Source: Pristiophorus japonicus (Eukaryota). Taken from it: a stretch of DNA of 64,000 nt. This document shows positions 12,712 to 23,696 of the stretch, piece by piece. Numbering within the stretch: position 1 is the first letter of the stretch; each line of letters opens with the position of its first letter. The notes under the pieces are model-generated. The model was not told where the DNA came from and searched no databases. It saw only the letters and a program-made list of their open reading frames with translations. Location: contig NC_091989.1 of assembly GCF_044704955.1 (NCBI RefSeq), positions 80,724,001-80,788,000 of the forward strand. Direction: 5' to 3'. The translations under genes were made by a program, and so were the position numbers.

Positions 12712-13410
12712 TGAACCTTCTCTGAACAGCTTCCAATGCAAATATATCATTCCTTAAATACGGAGACCAAAACTGCACGCAGTACTCCAGGTGTGGCCTC
12801 ACCAATACCCTGTCCAGTTGTAGCAGGACTTTCCTGCTATTATACTGTAACCCCCTTGCAATAAAGGCCAACATTTCATTTGCCTTCCTGATCTTGCTGT
12901 ACTTGAATATTAACATTTTGTGTTTCATGCACAAGGACCCTCAGGTCCCTCTGTACTGCAACACTTTGCAATTTTTCTCCATTTAAATTAGAATTTGTTT
13001 TTCTATTATTTCTGCTAAAGTGGATAACCTCACATTTTCCCATATTATACTCCATCTGCCAGATTTTTGCCCACTCACTGAGCCTGTCTACATCCCTTTG
13101 CAGATTTTGTGCATTCTCCTCACAATTTGCTTTCCCACCCATCTTTGTATCATCAGCACACTTGGCTACATTACACTCCTGCTCCTGTTTATTATGAAAA
13201 ACTTGCATTTATATAGCATCTTTCATGACCTCAGGACGTCTCAAAATGCTTTACAGCCAATGAAATATTTCTGAAGTGTAGTCGCTGTTGTGATGTCAGA
13301 AATGAAGCAGCCAAATGGCATACAAGTTCTCACAAACAGTACCTGAGAGGGCAGACCAGAGTGGGCTTTGGTATAACGTCTCATCCAAAAGACGGCACTC
13401 CATCAGTATT

Positions 13411-14020
13411 CATCATCATCATCATAGGCAGTCCCTCGGAATCGAGGAAGACTTGCTTCCACTCCTGAAGTGAGTTCTTTGATGGCTGAACAGTCCAATA
13501 CGAGAGCCACAGACTCTGTCACAGGTGGGACAGATAGTCGTTGAAGGAAGGGGTGGGTGGGACTGGTTTGCCGCACACTCCTTCCGCTGTTTGCGCTTGA
13601 CCTCTTCATGCTCTCAGCGTTGAGACTCGAAGTGCTCAATGCCCTCCCGGATGTACTTTCTCCACTTAGGGTGGTCTTTGGGCAGGGACTCCCAGGTGTA
13701 AATGGTGATGTTGCACTTTATCAGGGAGGCTTTGAGGGTGACATTGAAATGTTTCCGCTGCCCACCTTTGGCTCATTTGCCGTGAAGGAACTCCGCATAG
13801 AGCACTTGTTTTGGGAGTCTCGTGTCTGGCATGTGAACTATGTGGCCTGCCCAGCGAAGTTGATCGAGTGTCACCAGTGCTTCAATGCTGGGAATGTTGG
13901 CCTGGACGAGGACACAGATGTTGGTGCGCCTGTCCTCCCAGGGCATTTGCAGGATCTTGTGGAGACATCGTTGGTGATATACCTCCAGCGACTTGAGGTG
14001 TCTTCTGTACATCGTTCATG
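13411..14020 (-). mobile_element. RTE-clade LINE 3' fragment inserted in a Deu-type SINE
   Basis: QLRWAGHIVHMPDTRLPKQVLY; (TGA)n tail; 10-bp TSD CATCAGTATT (13401, 14021). Confidence 0.9.
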
Positions 14021-14371
14021 CATCAGTATTGCACTGGAGTGTCAGCCTAAATTATTGGCTCAAGTCCCTGGAGAGGGACTTGAACCTATGGCCTTCTGAC
14101 TCAGAGGCAAGAGTGCTATCGACTGAACCTCAGCTGACAGTGTAACTAATGAGAAGTATTTCTACTGGAGGGTACAGAATGGTCTGGTGCTTTCAGGATG
14201 ATAATGAATCAGAGCTCCAAAACAGTATGGTGAATAGGCTCGAATGTTTGGCAACAAAACAATACTCCCAGGAGAAGCAGAGCTGGTTTGATTTATTTCT
14301 AAGTGTTTGCACACACCAGTAGATATTACTATGCAGCTCGTTGATGCTCCAGAGCATTATCCAGTGTGTGG

Positions 14372-15073
14372 TGTAAGACTACGGCATTTTTTTCATCTCA
14401 TCTTTCTGCTAATAACTGTGTTTGCAAACTGCTCCAAGGTGGCTGAAACTGATTTGACCATTTTTAGTGACCCACAAGGCTGTGCAAATTCAAAAGACTT
14501 TCTCATGAGTTTAACACTTCACAGCTGCAAAAGACTTGTCTGGGAACTGTGGAAAAGGACTGTCCAGGAGATAAGAGAATGAAAGACCTATTCATTGTGA
14601 GAGAGCGTCCTTTGTTTCAATGCTAGAAGTATATTACGCACAGGGTGGGCAGGCAGCCAGAAAAAAGTATAAAATGGCTGTAACACGTGAGATAGGGGAC
14701 TGCTGAACTCCAGAGAACTGGCAACCTGGTTAGCTGCCAAGAGAATCAGGGGGTTAAGTCTTACAATGGCTGACCACGGTCTGGTGTGAGTATCTTTGTT
14801 TCTTTGAATCACTTAGGGGTAGACAATTTTAACAGTTAAGAAATATATTAATAGGAGTAGGTTGGTGCAGTATAATTGTGCCTTTGATGCTGTCGTAAAT
14901 TGCTTGTATTTCCTTTGATTATTTTAAGTAAAGATAACCCCCTGGAAAGGAGTGAGAAAAGAAACATCCTTGGTCTGTGTCTGTTGTTTTATTTTGTCTC
15001 ACAAGTTTGAACTCTGTTAAGTGTAGATAAATCTTACAGGCTAAAACCTGTCTTCATTAAGTTAAGTCTTACA
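14372..15073 (+). mobile_element. Possible solo LTR
   Basis: TGTAAGACT...AGTCTTACA inverted termini and an internal TATAAAA; no convincing TSD. Confidence 0.3.
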
Positions 15074-15101
15074 ATAGTGTTCAGGGATTAGCGGGACTCA
15101 C

Positions 15102-15286
15102 TGTGTCATCTCGATGCTATCTTCCAGCTGCTTCTTCTCGGTGAGCTTCTGTGATAGCTGGTTCTGGAGGACTTCCAGCTTACTCCTGATCTCCATCAGC
15201 TCGGACCTCTTCTTGTTCAGTTTCTCCATTTGGAATTTCAGCTCTTCTTCTGCTTCCGCGAGCTTCTGGCGCTTGGGAGCAACAAT
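15102..15286 (-). CDS. Dynein heavy chain exon 8 of 11 (stalk CC2)
   Basis: 185 nt, IVAPKRQKLAEAEEEL...QLEDSIEMT(Q). Acceptor tttcag, donor gtgagt, phase 0/2. Confidence 0.94.
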
Positions 15287-15309
15287 CTGAAAGAGAGATG
15301 TACACTGAT

Positions 15310-17232
15310 CCAGATGGCCCCACCACCAGACAGCCCCACCACCAGATGCACCCAGCACCAGATGGCCCCACCACCAGACGGCCCCACCACCAGACGGCCC
15401 CACCACCAGACAGCCCCACCACCAGACAGCCCCACCACCCGATACCCCCACCACCAGACAGCCCCACCACCAGACAGCCCCACCACCCGATACCCCCACC
15501 ACCCGATACCCCCATCACCAGACGGCCCCACCACCAGACGGCCCCACCACCAGACGGCCCCACCACCAGACAGCCCCACCACCCGATACCCCCACCACCC
15601 GATACCCCCACCACCAGACAGCCCCACCACCCGATACCCCCACCACCAGACAGCCCCACCACCAGACAGCCCCACCACCCGATACCCCCACCACCAGACA
15701 GCCCCACCACCCGATACCCCCACCACCAGACAGCCCCACCACCAGACGGCCCCATCACCCGATACCCCCACCACCAGACAGCCCCACCACCCGATACCCC
15801 CACCACCAGACAGCCCCACCACCAGACGGCCCCATCACCCGATACCCCCACCACCCGATACCCCCACCACCAGACGGCCCCATCACCCGATACCCCCACC
15901 ACCAGACAGCCCCACCACCCGATACCCCCACCACCAGACAGCCCCACCACCAGACAGCCCCACCACCCGATACCCCCACCACCAGACAGCCCCACCACCC
16001 GATACCCCCACCACCAGACAGCCCCACCACCAGACAGCCCCACCACCCGATACCCCCACCACCAGACAGCCCCACCACCCGATACCCCCACCACCAGACA
16101 GCCCCACCACCAGACAGCCCCACCACCCGATACCCCCACCACCAGACAGCCCCACCACCCGATACCCCCACCACCAGACAGCCCCACCACCAGACAGCCC
16201 CACCACCAGACGGCCCCACCACCAGACAGCCCCACCACCCGATACCCCCATCACCAGACGGCCCCACCACCAGACGGCCCCACCACCAGACGGCCCCACC
16301 ACCAGATGGCCCCACCACCAGACGGCCCCACCACCAGACGGCCCCACCACCAGACGGCCCCACCACCAGACGGCCCCACCACCAGACGGCCCCACCACCA
16401 GACGGCCCCACCACCAGACGGCCCCACCACCAGACGGCCCCACCACCCGATACCCCCACCACCAGACGGCCCCACCACCAGACAGCCCCACCACCAGACA
16501 GCCCCACCACCAGACAGCCCCACCACCAGACAGCCCCACCACCAGACGGCCCCATCACCCGATACCCCCACCACCAGACAGCCCCACCACCAGACAGCCC
16601 CACCACCCGATACCCCCACCACCAGACGGCCCCACCACCAGACAGCCCCACCACCCGATACCCCCACCACCAGACGGCCCCACCACCAGACAGCCCCACC
16701 ACCAGACAGCCCCACCACCAGGCAGCCCCACCACCAGACAGCCCCACCACCAGACGGCCCCATCACCCGATACCCCCACCACCAGACAGCCCCACCACCA
16801 GACGGCCCCATCACCCGATACCCCCACCACCAGACAGCCCCACCACCCGATACCCCCACCACCAGACAGCCCCACCACCAGACGGCCCCATCACCCGATA
16901 CCCCCACCACCCGATACCCCCACCACCAGACGGCCCCATCACCCGATACCCCCACCACCAGACAGCCCCACCACCCGATACCCCCACCACCAGACAGCCC
17001 CACCACCAGACAGCCCCACCACCCGATACCCCCACCACCAGACAGCCCCACCACCAGACGGCCCCATCACCAGACAGCCCCATCACCAGACGCCCCCCAC
17101 CACCAGACGGCCCCACCACCCGATACCCCCACCACCAGACAGCCCCACCACCAGACGGCCCCATCACCAGACAGCCCCATCACCAGACGCCCCCCACCAC
17201 CAGACGGCCCCATCACCAGACGCCCCCCACCG
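15310..17232. repeat. 16-bp minisatellite, about 120 copies, three interspersed variants
   Basis: ccccaccaccagacag, ccccaccaccagacgg and ccccaccacccgatac. Confidence 0.96.
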
Positions 17233-17259
17233 CCCTGGGGCTGGAAATGGTATAAACAC

Positions 17260-17877
17260 GGGGCTGGATTATTAGCTTCTTGTCGCCTCTGTTTTTGTCC
17301 GGGAGGGGCAGCAGTGCCAGCAGTGAGCTCTTCCAGGCAGGCGGCCAGCTTCCAGCACCTCACTGGGACTTTCGTCGCCGGTTTCGGCGGGGGTGCGGAG
17401 CATTACCACCCAGAAGAGGTGAGCCTCTGGTTGCAGCACCGGATCGATTTTTGGCTCCCGCCCGACCCGTAGCGCCCCCTGCTGGGACCGCCTGTGAAAG
17501 CGGGCGGTCTGAGCTGTAGCGGCTGCAGTGAGGTCAGTAATGTCCACCTCAGGTAAGTGCGATTGTTTTCTTGTGATTTATGTTGTGGTGGCATGGGCCA
17601 TGTATTGAGAATGTTTTTGGTGGGTTTTTTTCAGGGTTTTTTTCTCCCCCAGGCCTCTCTCGGGGCGCTCCTGGGCCGGCTGTTTAGCTCGGGATTTTCC
17701 CATGCTCAGCTGGCCTAGCGGCCTAAGACAGGCATACAACAGCTGCCTTGGCACTCTGTCCCACACTCAGGGCCCAGCCACCCAATTTTGCTGAGGCGCA
17801 AACGTTTTCCAGGCGGTATCAGGACTGCTCCACCGCCATTAAAGCCCCGGAATCCTCAAAGCCGAATATCCAGCCCC
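17260..17877 (+). mobile_element. GC-rich non-autonomous DNA transposon with GGGGCTGGAT TIRs
   Basis: ggggctggattatt ... aatatccagcccc; the body is homologous to 19925-20540 and to 49210-49860 (reverse). Confidence 0.7.
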
Positions 17878-18028
17878 CAGTGAACACAATGTACAATAAG
17901 TCACGTTGATATGCCGATGGTTGACGGGCTGTAAATGCTACATTTCCTCATTGTGCTCCTTTCCTCTCACCTGACTGACTTAGAACACAATATGAAACTC
18001 ACAATCTCCCACGTGGCGTTAAGTTTAC

Positions 18029-18193
18029 CTTTGCAACTTTATCATAGACTTCAATGGCTCGGACCCAACTGCAGAGGCCCTCACAGGCTGAGGAAATGTT
18101 CCTAATGACGGACGGCTGGAACTCAGGGTTGCTGATAAAATCTCTTCGAATGTGGGTTGTCACTTTAGGAGGGATATTGTCTTTATCAAAATC
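18029..18193 (-). CDS. Dynein heavy chain exon 7 of 11 (MTBD)
   Basis: 165 nt, DFDKDNIPPK...SSACEGLCSWVRAIEVYDKVAK. Acceptor ccacag, donor gtaaac. Confidence 0.95.
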
Positions 18194-18226
18194 CTGTGGG
18201 GAGTACAACACAACATTGATGGATGG

Positions 18227-18896
18227 TGCAATGTATTTGCTTCATGGGTTCTTTGCTTACGAATTCATAGCAACACATTGCTATTAAGAACAAGTTGGTT
18301 TATTAGTAAAAGGTTTAACAATCACACTACACATTGCCAGTTCATCCACCAGGCTCACAACCACCTGCCCCATCGTGGATCCCCCGAACCCAACTGGCTG
18401 GAGTTTTATTGAGTCTTGTGAACATCACGTGACTGGCTAAGCCACTCCCAACTCAACAGCTCTACAACTATTTTGGTAGAACGTAAAATCAAATGCCCTC
18501 TTTTGGCAAGGGCACTAGAACCCACAAATTAACAATTCAAACTTAAATCAAATTAAAATTTGGTTGCCGGGGGTGATGATGCACTTCAGTCCCTCCGGCG
18601 CCCATCTCTCGCGGAAGGCCACGAGCGTACCGGTGGACACCGCATGCTCCATCTCCAGGGACACCCTGGCTCGGATGTAATCGCGGAAGAGAGGCAGGCA
18701 GTCGGGCTGAATGACCCCCTCGACAACCCACTGCCTGGACCGGTCAATGGCCACCTTGGCCAGGCCCAGGAGCAGCCCCGCGAGGAGGCGTTCCAACCTG
18801 CCCGCTCCCCTCTGCACAGAGTGCAACCAGAATTTGAGGAGCAGCCCCTTCAAAAATGCAACAGCTCTACAAACCTGCGAGCATACATTACTCACA
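18227..18896 (-). mobile_element. Solo LTR (48444 family) containing a Tx1 insertion
   Basis: Reverse-complement match to 48444-48713, interrupted after caacagctctacaa. Confidence 0.85.
18468..18858 (-). mobile_element. Tx1/L1-clade LINE 3' fragment
   Basis: GLLLGLAKVAI...FRERWAPEGL; 14-bp TSD CAACAGCTCTACAA (18454, 18859). Confidence 0.85.
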
Positions 18897-19924
18897 CCTA
18901 GCACTGGCAGTTCTCACCTCAGTGAGTGGAAAAAGTAAGGGGGAAAAGCTCTTGTATTCTGTACAGTTTCTGGCTTGCCAACAAAGGTGCACTTCCTGCT
19001 AACACCAAGGCTGGAATCTGCCCAGCACCACGAGTGTGGTTTTGGAGGCGGGCCCACTGTCAAATGGCCATGATTGACATCAGGGTGGAATCCCACTCTG
19101 AACCCCTCTCCGTGTCAGTTTCTCTGCTGTCAGGTCTGTGTGCAGATCGCAAACCCAACACCAAGCAGCGGGCCAGTCAATCAAGATGCTTAAGAGGTAA
19201 TTTAAAGGCATTTAAAAGGATTTCATCCAAGCGCTTGTCATTTTACCAAGTTTTCAATGAGTTTGCCATCCCTCGGATTTCACACTAGGTAAGTGCATTG
19301 AGTTCCCAGTGACTCTCCATTGCTTTGCCTAGTTGACAGCTGCAGAAGTGGTATAAAAGCTACCATTTCACAGCTGTTCACTTTCCAATGTCAGAAGCTG
19401 AAGCCTTCAGGATTTGGAAGAAACTTTTGAGCTATATGCAGGTTGGAAGTGTTTGTGGTGAACTCTTGGAGCAACCTCTCTCACCAATGACAGATCGCTT
19501 CTGTCATCCCTACTTCACCTGCCATCTATTCCATCAGCATCGGTGCCCTTAAAAAAATCTCACCTTGGTTCTCAGAATCCCACCACTATCAGCCCCAACA
19601 CCAGCAGCACCAGGCACACCAGCAGCACCAACAACACCAACCTTCTCTGCAATCACCTGATGTTGCACAGGACAAAGGGCATCAGCACCTGACCACATTG
19701 CTGCCAGGAAGGCCAGGGATGGTCTAACCCTGGCCACATTTACTTCACTTCACGCTGTACACCCTGGCTGCTACATGATGCATCAGGTTGGCACCAGCCC
19801 ACACCAGCACCAAAGCACCCCTACAATGCCCAAGCCATTCCTTTCAAACTTTTCACCATTGACCATTAATTACAACTTACTAAACCAAAGGTGCACACAA
19901 CTCTGTCCAAGAACACAAAGTGAT

Positions 19925-20540
19925 GGCAATTCGACCTTCTGCCGGGGGAGTGGCAATGGCAGCGGAAAGCAGTTGCGTCCGGACGGGCGGCCAGCTTCCA
20001 GCGCCCCGCCGGGACATTCGGGGCCGGTATCGGTGGGGCGCGGAGCAGTACTGCCCAGGAAAGGCGAGCCGGTGTGCAACACCCCTGGTTGTGACACCGG
20101 CTCGATTTTTGGTTACCGCCCGACCCGTAGTGCTCTGTAGCACCCCCTGCTGGGAACGCCTGTGGTTGCGGGCAGTCCGAGCTGCAACGGCTGCAGTGAG
20201 GTAAGTAATGCCGACCTTAGGTAAGTGTGATTGGTTTAAAACATTTTTTGGGCGGTTTATGTTGTGGTGGCGTGGACTATGTATCGGGAATGTTTTTGGT
20301 ATTTTTTTCAGGTTGTTATTTCTCCCCAGGTCTCTCTTAGAGCGCTCCGAGGCCGGCTGTTTAGCTCGAGATTTTTCCATGCTCAGCCGACCTAGTGCCC
20401 TGAGAGAGGTGTGTAACGCCTCCCTTAGCGCCCAGCCCCACACTCAGGGCCCAGCTGATTCATTTTGCAGCAGCAGACGGCGTAAAATTTACCGCTCCGC
20501 CTGGAACAACGTCACAACTGAAGCGCGGCCGAATTTTCAC
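19925..20540 (+). mobile_element. GC-rich non-autonomous element, same family as 17260
   Basis: Shared blocks such as ggccggctgtttagctcg, ccacactcagggcccagc and ggtaagtg. Confidence 0.7.
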
Positions 20541-20799
20541 CACAAAGTGTTCAAAATAAAGATTACAATGCTTGACAACACATTAGCAGAAACTCTACAT
20601 AAACATTGACTAAAACACCCAAGTGCCTACCCTTGTGTGTTGTTAGTTGGTATGATTGGACAAGAATGAGGGTAAATGTGAGGAGTGGCTAGTGAGATGG
20701 GGATGTGATAACGTAGATAGATAGAGAGGGATGGGTGGAGGTGTAAGGTCAGTTGGTGTGAGTAAGGATGTGCAGGAGTCGGGTAGGGGAGGCAGAATG

Positions 20800-21250
20800 A
20801 TGGGGATATGATGAGAGGCACAGCAGGATGAGGTTGAGTGTGGCCTTTCAGTAACATTTCGTGATCTACTGAGGTCATTGAAAGGTTTGTACCACTGCAG
20901 CCTGGTCCTCCTGACAACATCCCTACTTGTGCCCTCCTGTGCAATGTGCAACCAAGCTGCGTTGGTGTCCTGGGGAGGTCTCTTCCACCTATTGGAAGGG
21001 AAGAGGAATTCCTTGTGTGCTGTGACTCCATAAGCATCTGGAGGGAGTAATGGGAGAGCCTGGGTGCAGCCCTGTGTCTTTCTGCAATGACTGTCAGTGT
21101 TTGCAGCACCTCAATGCTGTAGAACACAAATGTAAAAAAAAAGTTGGCCAGTGTCCCTTTGAGGAAACCGGTTGATGACGCGGCATCAAATGACGTCATC
21201 AGACCCGCTTCCTGTTCATTAGCCGGGAACCTCGCAGGGAACCTGACAAG
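20800..21250 (-). pseudogene. Highly decayed Myb/SANT partner remnant of an older Harbinger-like element
   Basis: AAPRLSHYSLQML and RTRLQWYKPFNDL in different frames resemble the RAPRFS..L and QC.KKFNDL patterns. Confidence 0.4.
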
Positions 21251-21346
21251 CCCCACGAAGGGAAGATTGTGTTGAAAGGGCAGGATGGAACCCCAAGGTC
21301 CAGTCTCACCACTGTTGCCGAAATCGCGGTCCAAATCTCTGTTTAC

Positions 21347-21454
21347 CTTTAGTGATTCCAGGAATTTCATATCACCGAGCATCTTCTTCGCAGAGGGCCA
21401 GTAATCGTCTGAACTTTTCCCATTTTCATCCACTTTTTTCTCAGGTTTAATTCC
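21347..21454 (-). CDS. Dynein heavy chain exon 6 of 11 (MTBD)
   Basis: 108 nt, GIKPEKKVDENGKSSDDYWPSAKKMLGDMKFLESLK. Acceptor tttaag, donor gtaaac. Confidence 0.92.
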
Positions 21455-21611
21455 CTTAAAAAGGGAGATAAAAGTTGGACAGATAACTCTCCATGTTTCA
21501 CATTTCTAAACCCAGCCACAGACCTCATCGGGTGCTGGTTGTGATCATTGAGAGCATGCTCGGCCGGGAGGGTTATATCCTGTTACACAGAGTGTACATA
21601 TTATCCCACAG

Positions 21612-21855
21612 TCATCCTGGTTAATCTTTGCCAGTGGACCAAAACCTAGCTTTGTCAAGCCCGTGTGGTGGCTGGTGTGCAATGGTTACCACATGTTAAA
21701 AAAATCCATGCACAGACATCTTCTACCCTACAGGATGTAGTTCAGGATCTGGAATATTGGGTCCTTCATTGAAACACCTGTCAACTCATCCTTTTTTGGC
21801 GTGGAAGCAAGTCATCCTCGCTTCGAGGGACTGCCTATGATGATGATGAAGATGA
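21612..21855 (+). mobile_element. Non-autonomous RTE-tailed retroposon, copy 2
   Basis: Same body and tail as copy 1. Confidence 0.75.
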
Positions 21856-22071
21856 CATATTATCCCACTGCTCAAGTGCAGCCTCATGTAGCCGAATACC
21901 CAATTTCCCTTAAAGGTTTAATTTAGCTACGTTTCTGAGCTCAACTTGAAGTTGGCTAAGTCAATTAGAGGCCAGCAGAAATCAGTAGGAAATGACTAGA
22001 TTTCTTTCTTTTTTTTAAATAATGTTGACACTCTGAAGTGTGACAATATGAGACCTGATACACATACATAC

Positions 22072-22197
22072 CAATGTTCCCTCTAATGTTTTTTCTTTCA
22101 AATTTCTGCGCGCGCGGTTTTTCCATTTAGAAGCCGGTGAGCGGCTGGGCGGGACCTCCGGAATGCTGCAAGGCCGCACAGATTAAAGGGAACATTG
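22072..22197. mobile_element. Small MITE, hAT-like termini
   Basis: CAATGTTCCCTCTAA ... TTAAAGGGAACATTG, 15-bp TIR with one mismatch; TSD not clean. Confidence 0.65.
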
Positions 22198-22329
22198 ATA
22201 CCAAATTCTAGTGAAGTGGGGTTAGACGCTGAAAGAGAGAGTTAGACATTGGTGCACCAGCACAATTCAGACACCATTTGAAAGTCACATGTTTTGTTCT
22301 TATTTTTATATTTCCATATTTTTACATTT

Positions 22330-23295
22330 TTCTTTTATTTATTCATGGGATGTGGGCGTTGCTGACAAAGCCAGAATTTATTGCCCTTGAGAAGGTGGTG
22401 GTGAGCCACCACCGAGAACCGCTACAGTCTGTGGTGAAGGAGCTCCCACAGTGCTGTTATGGAGGGAGTTCCAGGACTTTGACCCAGCGACAATGAAGGA
22501 ACGGTGATATATTTCCAAGACAGGATGGTGACTTGCAGGTGGTGGTGTTCCCATGCGCCTGCTGCCCTTGCCTTCTAGGTGGTGGAGGTCACAAGTTTGG
22601 CGGGTGCTGTCGAAGAAGCCTTGGCGAGTTGCTGCAGTGCATCTTGTAGATGGTACACACTGCAGCCACAGTGCGCCGGTGGTGGAGGGAGTGAATATTT
22701 AAGTTGGTGGCTGGGATGCCAATCAAATGGGCTGCTTTGTCCTGGATGGTGTCGAGCTTCTTGAGTGTTGTTGGAGCTGTACTCATCCAGGCAAGTGGAG
22801 AGTATTCCATCACACTCCTGGATTGTGCCTTGTAGATGGTGGAAAGGCTTTGCGGAGTCAGGTGGTGAGACACTCGCCGCAGAATACCCAGCCTCTGACC
22901 TGCTCTTGTTGCCACAGTATTAATGTAGCTGGTCCAATTAAATTTTGGTCAATGATGACCCCCAGGATGTTGACAGTGGGGGATTTGGTGATGAAGGTAA
23001 TGCCGTTGAATGTTAAGGGGAGGTGGTCAGACTCTCGTTTGTTGGAGATGGTCATTGCCTGGCACTTGTGTGGCACGAATGTTACTTGCCACTTATCAGC
23101 CAAAGCCTGAATGTCGTCCACGGACTGCTTCATTATCTGAGGAGTTGCGAATGGAACTGAACATTTTGCAATTATTAGCAAACATCCCCACATCTGACCT
23201 TATGATGCAGGAAGGGTCATTGATGAAGCAGCTGAAATGGTTGGGCCTAGGACACTGCCCTGAGGAACTCCTGCAGTGATGTCCTGGGGCTGGGA
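22330..23295 (-). mobile_element. Non-LTR retrotransposon 3' part (CR1/L2 group; differs from the dominant CR1)
   Basis: GVPQGSVLGPTI, ADKWQVTF, IYKAQSRSVMEYSPLAW, SLHHRR. Confidence 0.8.
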
Positions 23296-23696
23296 TGCCG
23301 ACATAAACTTAGTATGCTGTAATTGCATCCTCACACCAGTGGTGGCACTATAGCACCACAGTTGTACATTCCCCAACTCCTCGGTCTGTACTGCAGAGAA
23401 ACTCCAAACAACACTACTGCCCTGCTTCACAAATTCCCCAAGATTTTGACAAAAGTTTTATCTAAATATATATATTTAACATATATAAAATAACAAAAAT
23501 AAATCTGTTCTTATGTAACAGCATATCATCTAAGACTGGAGCTCAATTTTCCCCAGTTATCTGCACCGTTTTTTTGGCATACGGTGCTTTTTTTGGCGTC
23601 AATTAAAAAATCCAAGTAGTCCCCAAAGTTTCTGTGCCAGCGTAACTCAGTTAGATACGATTTTTTTAGGTTAGTATTTTTTTGCGTCATAGGAAG

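Larger units (their letters stand above)
6520..13180 (-). mobile_element. CR1 LINE split by the Gypsy insertion (6520-7003 and 12712-13180)
   Basis: The CR1 frame RRFT is interrupted exactly at the TGAAC TSD and resumes on the other side. Confidence 0.88.

Noticed and set aside
15180-17472. Very long Pro/His-rich and Gly/Trp-rich ORFs (up to 724 aa)
   Set aside because: They are translations of a stop-poor 16-bp minisatellite, open in many frames, inside an intron.
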